Source of the DNA: Candidatus Brocadiaceae bacterium
Lineage (GTDB): Bacteria > Planctomycetota > Brocadiia > SM23-32
Reading direction: 5' to 3'
Length of the DNA: 64,000 nucleotides
Assembly (NCBI GenBank): GCA_003551305.1
Contig: PUMJ01000156.1
Span: 27,325-91,324 of the forward strand
The notes under the pieces: generated by a model
The model's database searches: none
What the model was told of the DNA's origin: nothing
What the model saw: the letters and a program-made list of their open reading frames with translations, nothing else
In this document: piece by piece, positions 36,177 through 44,310 of the stretch
Position numbering within the stretch: position 1 is the stretch's first letter
How the letters are laid out: every line of letters begins with the position of its first letter
Program-made: the position numbers and the translations under genes

Positions 36177-37501
36177 CTGACAATGCTGAACGCATCACCT
36201 GGAACCGCCGCCTCCCACTGCGCTACCGCTGCGACGTGGCGGTGATCGGCGGCGGCATCGCCGGGGTCTGCGCCGCCTGCGCGGCCGCCGTCGAGGGGGC
36301 CGAGGTCATCCTTGTGGAGCGCTTTGCCGTGACCGGCGGCAACGCCACGGTCGGTGGTGTGGCCAACTGGTCGGGCGAGACCGCCGGCCAGGGCGCCATC
36401 TTTGATGAGATTATCGCGGACCAGGAGGAGTGTAACAGCATCGCCCCCTATCGCGGCCCTTACGCCCGCGAGCGCGCCAACCGGACCTTCGACCACGAGA
36501 TACTGGCTGTAATCCTCCAGGAACTGCTGCTGCGGCATGGGGTGCGCCTGCTGCTGCACACACGCTTTGTGGACATCCAGCGGGAAGGTGGTCGGCTGGG
36601 GCCCGCGGTGCTGGCCGGCGCGTCCGGCCTGGAAGCGCTCGACGCCGAGGTGTTCGTCGACACATCGGGTGGCGCGGTGGTGGCCCGGGCCGCCGGCTGC
36701 GCGCTGCTGCCGCCGGGCGGTCTCGGCCCGTTGCCCCCGTCGCTGATGTTCTTCGTGCGTGAACTGGCGGAGCCGGTCGGCCCGCAACTGCCCGACGGCT
36801 GGTTCGAGCCGGTCCGGAGCGAAGGGGACCTGCCGATGACCAGCACCTGGCCCGATGGCCCGGGCGGCAAGGCGCTGAAGCTCAAGGTTCCCGGTTACGA
36901 CAGCGGCGACACTGAATCCATGACCGCCCTCGAGGTCCGGGCGCGCCGGAGGATGTGGGAGGTGCTCGACTACTATCAGCGCGACTTCCGGGGCGAAGCC
37001 GCGCCCGCACTACGAAACCAGCCGAAAAACGCCGGGGTGCGAAACTGGCGGTTCGGGCACGCTTCCCCTATCATCGGCCTGCGCGAGACCCGGCGCATCG
37101 CGGGGGACTACGTGCTGACCGTTGACGATCTGCGGGCCGGCCGGGCTTTCGACGACGGCGTCGCCCGCGGCGTCTTCTACCTCGACGCCATGCGCCCCGA
37201 CGACGAGCAACGCACCTATCTGTTGAGCAAGGATGAGCAAGTCGTGCCGCCCTATCACATCCCGTACCGCAGCCTGATTGCGCGCGACACCGCCAACCTG
37301 CTGATGGCCGGCCGCTGCTTCTCGGCCGACCAGATGGCCCTCTCCTCGGCCCGGGTCATGCCGACCTGCGCGATGATGGGCCAGGCCGCCGGCATCGCCG
37401 CCGCCTGGAGCGCCGATCGGGGTTGCCGACCACGCGATCTCGATGGACGCGAGCTGCGGCGGCGGCTCGAAGCGCGCGGCGCGAACCTGAATCTGCCATG
37501 A
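36173..37501 (+). CDS. FAD-dependent oxidoreductase (PF12831-like), paralog 2
   Basis: CDVAVIGGGIAGVCAACAAAVEGAEVILVER (GxGxxG)...; ATGA overlap with paralog 1; same domain order. Confidence 0.65.
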   Translation: MTDNAERITWNRRLPLRYRCDVAVIGGGIAGVCAACAAAVEGAEVILVERFAVTGGNATVGGVANWSGETAGQGAIFDEIIADQEECNSIAPYRGPYARERANRTFDHEILAVILQELLLRHGVRLLLHTRFVDIQREGGRLGPAVLAGASGLEALDAEVFVDTSGGAVVARAAGCALLPPGGLGPLPPSLMFFVRELAEPVGPQLPDGWFEPVRSEGDLPMTSTWPDGPGGKALKLKVPGYDSGDTESMTALEVRARRRMWEVLDYYQRDFRGEAAPALRNQPKNAGVRNWRFGHASPIIGLRETRRIAGDYVLTVDDLRAGRAFDDGVARGVFYLDAMRPDDEQRTYLLSKDEQVVPPYHIPYRSLIARDTANLLMAGRCFSADQMALSSARVMPTCAMMGQAAGIAAAWSADRGCRPRDLDGRELRRRLEARGANLNLP

Positions 37502-37511
37502 AGGAAAGACG

Positions 37512-37673
37512 ATGAGTGATCGCCCCGGCATCCTGCTGCTGATGACCGACCAGCAGCGCCGGGATTCCCTCGGCCCTGTGACACTGTCCGGACCGCGTCG
37601 GTATCCGCGACTTGCTGCTGGAACGCCTGCTCGACTGGTTCAGCACACATGAGCTGATACCGCAAAGGACACC
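37512..37673 (+). pseudogene. internally deleted sulfatase remnant (N-terminal and C-terminal fragments only)
   Basis: RBS AAGGAAAG then ATG: MSDRPGILLLMTDQQRRDSLG (canonical sulfatase N-terminus). After a frame change: IRDLLLERLLDWFSTHELIPQRTP (sulfatase-like C-terminal helix), whose TGA overlaps the ATG of intact sulfatase 37674. Confidence 0.5.
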
Positions 37674-38978
37674 ATGAAGAAACGTCAACCCAACATCATC
37701 CTCTTCCTTTCCGACGATCTCGGTTACAATGACCTGTCATGCTACGCGCCGGAACGGCATCACACCCCGCATATGGATCGTCTGGCCGAGGAGGGGCTCC
37801 GCTTCACGGATTTCCACAGCAACGGCGCCGTCTGTTCGCCGACCCGCGCCGCGCTTCTGACCGGCCGGTACCCCCAGCGCTGCGGCGTGGAACACGTCCT
37901 GCCCGGCATCAAGCCCGGCGGCGGCAAGGCGCGCGCTGGTGAGCGGGCGACGTTATCCCCATCGGACTTCAACCTGGGCCGCGCGTTCGCGCAGGCCGGA
38001 TACGCGACCGCGTTTTTCGGCAAGTATCACACGGGATACCTTCCCGATCAATCGCCGCTCAAAATGGGGTTCGCCGAGTTCCGCGGCATCTGCGGCGGCA
38101 TGGATCACCATTCCCGCTACAACCGCTGGGGGGCTCTCAACTGGTGGGTCGGTCAGACCCCGCAGCAGGAAGATGGCTACGCCACCGATCTTATCACCGA
38201 TCACGGCCTGCGTTTCATCACGGAACATCGTGACGAACCCTTCCTGCTGTATCTGGCGGACTGGTGCGTCCATTTCCCCTGGCAGGGCCCCCATGATCCG
38301 GCCGATTTCCGCGACGGGGTCGACAACGACCGCACCCCGGGCAAATGGGGGAGCCAGTATCCCCGACGCCACCGCCAGGCCTACCGCGAGATGGTCGAGG
38401 CCCAGGACCGCAACCTGGGCCGGATCGCCGACACCCTGGACGCACTGGGGCTACGCGAAGACACCCTGCTGATCTTCTGTTCGGACAACGGCGGCCATCA
38501 TGAGGTGACGGACAATGCCCCCCTGCGCGGCCACAAGGGCGACATGTTCGAGGGCGGCCACCGGGTGCCGGCCTTCTGTCGCTGGCCGGGGCGCATCCCG
38601 GCCGGACGCGTCAGCCAGGACGCGGCCATGACCATGGACCTGTTGCCCACCCTGCTGTCCATTTCCGGCATCGCACCCCCGAAGGGCGGGGACTTCGACG
38701 GGATCGACCTGTCCGCACATCTCTTCCGGGGCACCCCCCTGCCGGAACGGCCGCTGTTCTGGCGGGGGGGTTCCGAGAAGGCCGCCGCCCGCCAGGGCCG
38801 CTGGAAATACGTCCGACAGGGCGGTCGGGAATGGCTCTTCGATCTGGCCGAGGACCTCGGCGAGAGCACCGACCTTCTGGCGGGCTACCCCGAGCGGGCC
38901 GCCCGGCTCAGGCAGGCCCTGGCCCATTGGGAGCAGGATGTCGACACCTCCTACCAGCTATCACGGAGCGGAACATGA
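37674..38978 (+). CDS. sulfatase (Cys-type)
   Basis: MKKRQPNIILFLSDDLGYNDLS...AVCSPTRAALLTGRY (C-x-P-x-R)...IFCSDNGGH...GHKGDMFEGG; no signal peptide. Confidence 0.85.
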   Translation: MKKRQPNIILFLSDDLGYNDLSCYAPERHHTPHMDRLAEEGLRFTDFHSNGAVCSPTRAALLTGRYPQRCGVEHVLPGIKPGGGKARAGERATLSPSDFNLGRAFAQAGYATAFFGKYHTGYLPDQSPLKMGFAEFRGICGGMDHHSRYNRWGALNWWVGQTPQQEDGYATDLITDHGLRFITEHRDEPFLLYLADWCVHFPWQGPHDPADFRDGVDNDRTPGKWGSQYPRRHRQAYREMVEAQDRNLGRIADTLDALGLREDTLLIFCSDNGGHHEVTDNAPLRGHKGDMFEGGHRVPAFCRWPGRIPAGRVSQDAAMTMDLLPTLLSISGIAPPKGGDFDGIDLSAHLFRGTPLPERPLFWRGGSEKAAARQGRWKYVRQGGREWLFDLAEDLGESTDLLAGYPERAARLRQALAHWEQDVDTSYQLSRSGT

Positions 38979-39026
38979 ACCAGACCTGTTCTCAACAGCG
39001 AATTGCTGAATCCGAGGAATGGTAGC

Positions 39027-39968
39027 ATGCGCGTGTTCAATCCTTATGAGAACGCTTTTTCGCGTCACTGGTTCAAAGGCGATCTTCATCTGCACAGTGA
39101 TCGCAGTGACGGCCGCGCTTCCGTGCCGCAGATCCTGGATCGGCTGCGAGCGTGCGGCTTTGATTTCGCCGCATTATCCGATCACGAATGTTATGGCCCT
39201 ACCGATGAGCGAACCTCGCCCATACTCATCGGCAACAGCGAAATGCGCAGCGCCGAGGGTGGTGACGTGCTGACATTGTTCGCCGAGGTGTCGAACGATC
39301 CTGGGGGAGCGGGCGTACAGGATTTAATCGACCGGACGCGCGCCAACGGTGGGCTAGCCGTGCTGGCTCATCCGAAAATCGGTGAATTCGGAACAACCAA
39401 GCATCACTGGGCCTATCCATGCCATGCGTTGATCGGCAATTATCATGGCTATGCTGGCCTGGAAGTCTATACGCACAATGTCGGCAGTGGTTTCCAGACA
39501 GCCATCGACAGGCTTGATGCCGTCTGGATCGCAGGCTGCCGGGACGCAAACGAATCGATGGCGATCTGGGGACTGGCCGGCAGTGATGCGCATGATCTCA
39601 ACTGCATCACGCCCGATGTGGGGATTCTTGTCTCGGCGACCGAATGCTCGGCATCCGCTCTGCGCGCCGCCATTCAACAAGGCAGTTTCTACTCCCTGGC
39701 CGGATCGTGCGCCCGCTTTACCGACATCAGCGTCACCGGCAATCGACTGCGCGTAGAAGCTGAGAACGCCAAAATGATACGGATCAAGGGCGGTCCACTA
39801 TCCAGCAATCCAGGAGACCGAACGACCCATGCCGTGGCATGGGCCGGAGACAGCGAAAGTGTATTGTGTGAATACGAGATTCGTGGGTCGGAAGGGTTTG
39901 TGAGGGCTGAAGCATCGGATCGGCACGGCGGCCTTATTTTTGCGAACCCAATCCGTTTAGGCCGATAG
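39027..39968 (+). CDS. PHP-domain metal-dependent phosphoesterase (CehA/McbA-like)
   Basis: From Met9 of the track ORF: MRVFNPYENAFSRHWFKGDLHLHSDRSDGRASVPQILDRLRACGFDFAALSDHE...LAHP...GSDAHD. Confidence 0.7.
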   Translation: MRVFNPYENAFSRHWFKGDLHLHSDRSDGRASVPQILDRLRACGFDFAALSDHECYGPTDERTSPILIGNSEMRSAEGGDVLTLFAEVSNDPGGAGVQDLIDRTRANGGLAVLAHPKIGEFGTTKHHWAYPCHALIGNYHGYAGLEVYTHNVGSGFQTAIDRLDAVWIAGCRDANESMAIWGLAGSDAHDLNCITPDVGILVSATECSASALRAAIQQGSFYSLAGSCARFTDISVTGNRLRVEAENAKMIRIKGGPLSSNPGDRTTHAVAWAGDSESVLCEYEIRGSEGFVRAEASDRHGGLIFANPIRLGR

Positions 39969-39970
39969 CA

Positions 39971-40141
39971 ATGAGCAACAGGCACGATCCCGCCCACAAA
40001 CACATCCGCGACCGCTTACTGGAAAGCCTGCTTGTCTGGTTACGGCAACACGAACCAGTGACCCACAGGAGCACGATGACCCGTCGACCCAACATCATTT
40101 TCTTCCTCGCCTCCTATCACTCCGTGAGGAACCACCCATGA
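39971..40141 (+). pseudogene. sulfatase-array junction remnant (C-terminal fragment of one sulfatase plus N-terminal fragment of the next) as a 56-codon ORF
   Basis: MSNRHDPAHKHIRDRLLESLLVWLRQHEPVTHRST-MTRRPNIIFFLASYHSVRNHP*. The IRDRLLESLLVWLRQHE part is homologous to the tail at 37583..37673. MTRRPNIIFFLAS is a sulfatase start with AGGAG 5 nt upstream. The TGA overlaps the BNR gene ATG. Confidence 0.45.
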
Positions 40142-41406
40142 ACCAGACATACCACCATATCCGCGTGACCGACCGGGGGGATCAGGTGGCGACCATCGAC
40201 ATGGTGCCGCCGGAGCGCACGCCCCGCTGGGCCGAGGGCGTGGCGGCCGGTAATCGCCCCTGGTCGCCGCCGACCGAAGAGCCGGTCTTCCACCCGCCCA
40301 TCGCCTTCGTCGTGCCGCCGCCGGAGGGTTCCGGCGAGCCCTTCTACTCCCACAACCATCAGCCCGCCATCACCTGGTGCGCCAACGGCGATTTGCTGGC
40401 GGCATGGTACTCGACCGAGCGAGAGCGCGGCACCGAGATGACCGTGCTGGCCAGCCGTCTGCGCACGGGCCGCCAGGCCTGGGATCCGGCCGCCGAGTTT
40501 TTCAAGGCCCCGGACCGCAACATGACCGGCACCGCGCTCTACCACGACGGCCGCGGCACCCTCTACCATTTCAACGGCATGGGGCTCGAGGGCACAGAAG
40601 GCTGGGAGCGGCTCGCCCTGCTGCTGCGCACCAGCACCGACCACGGGGTCACTTGGTCGCCGGCCCGGCCCATCTCCTCGGGTTCCCGTTACCAGCGCCG
40701 GCATCAGGTGATTGCCGGCACCAGCCGCGGCCCCGACGGCCTGCTGATCCAGCCCTGCGACGCCACACCGACCGGCAAAGGTTCCAGCTGCGTCCATCTC
40801 AGCACTGACGGCGGGCAGACGTGGCACGATCCGGGCGGCGACATCCGTGGCATCCACGCCGGGGTGGTCGCCCTCGACGATGGCCGCCTGCTGGCCTTCG
40901 GGCGCGCGCAGGCCCTCGACGGTCGCATGCCGATGAGCATCTCCGATGACCGGGGTGCGAGCTGGCGCTCGCTGCCCGGCCCCTTCCCGCCGATCGGCAC
41001 CGCCCAGCGCTTGGTGCTGCTGCGCCTGCGCGAAGGGCCGTTGCTGCTGGCCTCCTTCACCGGCGCGACCCATCGCCTGCCGCGTGAGCAGTGGCCCGGC
41101 ATGCCCTTCCAGGACGCCAGGGGGCGCTCCTTCACCGGCTACGGGCTGTTCGTCGCCTGCTCGTGGGATGCCGGCCAGACCTGGCCGTTGCGCCGGCTGC
41201 TGACCCCGGGGGCCGGCACCTGGGACGGCGGCGGCCACACCGGCCTTTTCACCGGCAGCGCCACCGAGGCCGAACCAAAGGGCTACCTGGCCGCCACCCA
41301 GCCCCCGAACGGCGTGATCCACCTGATCTCCAGCCGACTGCACTACCGCTTCAACCTGCCCTGGCTGACCGGGGGCGGTGAGCATGGCGGCAGTGACCAA
41401 CGATGA
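40138..41406 (+). CDS. BNR-repeat sialidase-like beta-propeller protein
   Basis: Asp-boxes STDHGVTWS, STDGGQTWH, SDDRGASWR, SWDAGQTWP; 422 aa; no signal peptide. Confidence 0.7.
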   Translation: MNQTYHHIRVTDRGDQVATIDMVPPERTPRWAEGVAAGNRPWSPPTEEPVFHPPIAFVVPPPEGSGEPFYSHNHQPAITWCANGDLLAAWYSTERERGTEMTVLASRLRTGRQAWDPAAEFFKAPDRNMTGTALYHDGRGTLYHFNGMGLEGTEGWERLALLLRTSTDHGVTWSPARPISSGSRYQRRHQVIAGTSRGPDGLLIQPCDATPTGKGSSCVHLSTDGGQTWHDPGGDIRGIHAGVVALDDGRLLAFGRAQALDGRMPMSISDDRGASWRSLPGPFPPIGTAQRLVLLRLREGPLLLASFTGATHRLPREQWPGMPFQDARGRSFTGYGLFVACSWDAGQTWPLRRLLTPGAGTWDGGGHTGLFTGSATEAEPKGYLAATQPPNGVIHLISSRLHYRFNLPWLTGGGEHGGSDQR

Positions 41407-42230
41407 CCGGGCAACCGGAAGGATCCGCGATGACAGACGACACCCCGGCGCAGCCGACCTTCGGCGGGCACGAAGCGTTGCCCGGGTTCACCAGCACCCC
41501 TCACCCGCTGCCGGACGGTCGGGAACTGACCGCTTGGAGTCGTCCCGGAAATGGCCCGACCCTCATCCTGATCCCCGGCACCTGGGGCGATCTGCAGAGT
41601 TGGTCCCCGCTGATCTCACGCCTGCCGCCGGAGCAGGCCATCATCGTGGTGGAGTTGTTCTGGCAGGGCGGTCGAGCGTTGCTGGACGGCCCGCTGGACA
41701 TCCCGGTGCTCGCCGATGCCGTCCAAAGGGTCATTGATGCTCTGCAGCCGGGCCCGTTCGTGATCGGCGGCATAAGCCTGGGCGGGATGATCACAGTGGA
41801 GATCGCCGGGCGGAATCCTGCCGGCCTGGTCGCGGCCATCCCGATGGAGGGCTGGACACATCATAGCGTGCGCGAAACGGCATTCCACGGCCTTGTCCAC
41901 ACTCCTCTGAGCCCGGATCAGGAGCGGCGCCGTCTCGCCGAACGGAGCCGCCGTCTGGCGCACCTGTCCCCCGAACAGCAGGCCGCCGTCGGGTCCATCT
42001 GGCGGCGGTGGAACGGCGCCGACGCCCTTGCCCGCTCCACGGTCCCCATCCTCCACATCTGGGGCGACAGGGGCCGCCCGCGCCCCGAACCCGCCGACCT
42101 GCAGATCCCGCGGCGGCCGAACATTACCGTAGCCTGGATCGCTGGTTCGTCACATCGTTTGCTGCTCCAGGCGCCCGATGCCCTGGTTCGGACGGTGCGC
42201 AACTTCCTGGCCTCAGCGGGTTCTCCATGA
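41403..42230 (+). CDS. alpha/beta-hydrolase fold protein
   Basis: Nucleophile elbow GGISLGG; LILIPGTWGD; 275 aa; ATGA overlap with the upstream gene. Confidence 0.7.
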   Translation: MTGQPEGSAMTDDTPAQPTFGGHEALPGFTSTPHPLPDGRELTAWSRPGNGPTLILIPGTWGDLQSWSPLISRLPPEQAIIVVELFWQGGRALLDGPLDIPVLADAVQRVIDALQPGPFVIGGISLGGMITVEIAGRNPAGLVAAIPMEGWTHHSVRETAFHGLVHTPLSPDQERRRLAERSRRLAHLSPEQQAAVGSIWRRWNGADALARSTVPILHIWGDRGRPRPEPADLQIPRRPNITVAWIAGSSHRLLLQAPDALVRTVRNFLASAGSP

Positions 42231-42357
42231 CCCGTCTGCTGATACTAACTCCGCACCCCGGCAAGCCGAATGACCGACATCCACGACAGGGGCCCCGCCC
42301 GATCGCAACGTGCAGCCCGTTGCCCCCGCCATACCCATTCATAGATTGGACTCCCGT

Positions 42358-43830
42358 ATGAACAGGCCGAACATCCTCTTGATCCAGACAGATCAGCACA
42401 ATGCGCACCTGGCCGGGTTTGCCGGCCATGGCACCGTCCGGACTCCGGCTCTGGACCGTTTGGCGGCGCGTGGCACGGTCTTCGATGCCGCTTACTGCCA
42501 ATCGCCGCTCTGCGTACCAAGCCGCACCAGCATGCTGGCGGGCACCTACGTGCCGAAGTGCGGGGCCTGGGACAACGGATCGGTCCTCTTCCCCGAACAC
42601 ACCACACTGCCGGGGTGGATGGGCGATCATGGTTACGTCAGCGCCGCTGTGGGGAAGATGCACTTCCGCGGCCGCGAACAGATGCACGGCTGGCAGCATC
42701 GCCCCTTTGGCGACCTGGTGGAATGCATCGCCCCGATGCATCAGCCCGATCCACCGGAGACCGCCGACGGGCGCTGGAACCGTCACGCCGTCGGTCGGTT
42801 CCCCTTCGCCGGGCCGACGCACATCCCCGAGGGTCTGCTGGCCGACCCCCTCATCACCCGCGAGAGCCTGGCCTGGCTCGCCGAATACACCGCGTCCGGC
42901 GACGATCGGCCCTGGTTTTTCTGCGCCTCTTACCAGCGGCCACATTTCCCCCTCACCGCCCCCGAACGCTACATCCGGGCCGCCCTCGATGCCGACCCGG
43001 ACCTGCCCGAACCGCCCCCCGACGACCTTGATCAGCTGCATCCCCATGATCGGTTCATCGTCGAGGATTTCCGACTGCGGAGATTTGCACCGGAGGAGCA
43101 TCGCCGTGCCCTGGCGGGCTACCATGCCTGCGTCGCCTTTGTCGACGATTGCATCGGCGACTTGCTCGCCGGCATGGAGCGGCTGGGGCTGTTGGAGAAC
43201 ACCTGCATCGTTTACACCTCCGACCACGGCGACATGGCTGGCGAGCACGGCCTGTGGTGGAAGCGGACCTACTACGAGGCCTCGGCCCGCGTGCCGTTGA
43301 TCATCGCCGGGCCGGGCCTGCCCGCCGCCGAACGCGTTGCGACCCCGGTCGAGCTGGTTGATCTCTTCCCCACCCTGTGCAACTGGGGCGGATTCGGAGT
43401 GCCCGAGGGGCTGGACGGCGAGGATCTCTCCTGCCTGCTCGACCCGGCTCGCAGACAGCAGCGGCGCAAGCGGGTAGCCCGCTCAGAACTGCTGGGGGAG
43501 ACAACGTCCACCCGGTTCCGCATGGTCCGTGATGAACGCTGGAAGCTGGTCGCCTTTCCCGAGGCACCCTCCCGGCTGTTCGATCTCCGCGACGACCCCG
43601 ACGAACGGACGGACCTCGCCGGTTCGCCACCGGCCGACGCGCCGATGGAACAGTTGCAGGACGCCCTCCGTGGGGGCCACGACTGGCAGGATCTCGAGCG
43701 CTGCCGGCAGCGGGACCGCCAGCGCGCCGCCGCCTTCCGCAGTGACACACGCAGCCCGAGCACCATGCAATACCGCCTGCGCGACGGACGCATCATCCCC
43801 GGCGACGCCCAGTTGTACGACCTGGCGTGA
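42358..43830 (+). CDS. sulfatase (Cys-type)
   Basis: MNRPNILLIQTDQHN...YCQSPLCVPSRTSMLAGTY (C-x-P-S-R)...YTSDHGDMAGEHG; no signal peptide; start at Met17 of track ORF 42310. Confidence 0.85.
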   Translation: MNRPNILLIQTDQHNAHLAGFAGHGTVRTPALDRLAARGTVFDAAYCQSPLCVPSRTSMLAGTYVPKCGAWDNGSVLFPEHTTLPGWMGDHGYVSAAVGKMHFRGREQMHGWQHRPFGDLVECIAPMHQPDPPETADGRWNRHAVGRFPFAGPTHIPEGLLADPLITRESLAWLAEYTASGDDRPWFFCASYQRPHFPLTAPERYIRAALDADPDLPEPPPDDLDQLHPHDRFIVEDFRLRRFAPEEHRRALAGYHACVAFVDDCIGDLLAGMERLGLLENTCIVYTSDHGDMAGEHGLWWKRTYYEASARVPLIIAGPGLPAAERVATPVELVDLFPTLCNWGGFGVPEGLDGEDLSCLLDPARRQQRRKRVARSELLGETTSTRFRMVRDERWKLVAFPEAPSRLFDLRDDPDERTDLAGSPPADAPMEQLQDALRGGHDWQDLERCRQRDRQRAAAFRSDTRSPSTMQYRLRDGRIIPGDAQLYDLA

Positions 43831-43860
43831 GAACCTCGCTTGCTGTTCAACAGCGGGGGG

Positions 43861-44062
43861 CCACAGGCTGCACGTGCGCAGCCGGCTGCGGGGGATCACG
43901 CGTGAAAGGCTCTCAGCGTGCCCTGCTTCGGACAAGCGGAGCCGAGCAAGTGCAGCGGCTCAGTCGCCGCTGTGCCGCTTGCTCCTCCCGCTTCTCTGCG
44001 CCGCGAATACCTCCACAGGCCTTTCCGATGGAGCGGGTGCCCGTCTGGGAAGGAGCGGGGGA
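43861..44062 (+). repeat. intergenic repeat family A, copy 1 (~202 bp)
   Basis: About 88% identical to 46615..46817 by eye over its full length. Contains nested palindromes ggctgcacgtgcgcagccggctgc and an imperfect long inverted repeat gagcaagtgcagcggc...gccgctgtgccgcttgctc. Confidence 0.7.
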
Positions 44063-44212
44063 AAACAGGAGTTTCCCCGAAAACCGGAGGGGGTGGGCAG
44101 CAAGTGGTTGGCCTGACGAGGGTTATGCTTTTGGGGATATGGAAGGCAGGATTCTCCGGTAAGATAGGCTAACCGAGGTGGTCCTTTTGGGGAATCTCCG
44201 GGTAGGAAAACC

Positions 44213-44241
44213 TTGACCTCCCCCAACCCGCCCCCTAAAGT
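44213..44241 (+). promoter_or_regulatory. putative sigma70-like promoter for the GH-A gene
   Basis: TTGACC - 17 nt - TAAAGT, about 70 nt upstream of ATG 44311. Confidence 0.3.
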
Positions 44242-44310
44242 GAACGGAGACGGTAAACACTTACGGCCGCGTTTCGCCCGCACTAATATGACCTTCGAAA
44301 CGAGTCTGCG

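Noticed and set aside
43827-44172. Track ORFs inside repeat A (MRTSLAVQQRGATG..., MPCFGQAEPSK..., and MQRLSRRCAA... at 46705)
   Set aside because: There is no RBS. Differences between copies are not concentrated at synonymous positions. Frames differ between copies. The conservation is at nucleotide level.
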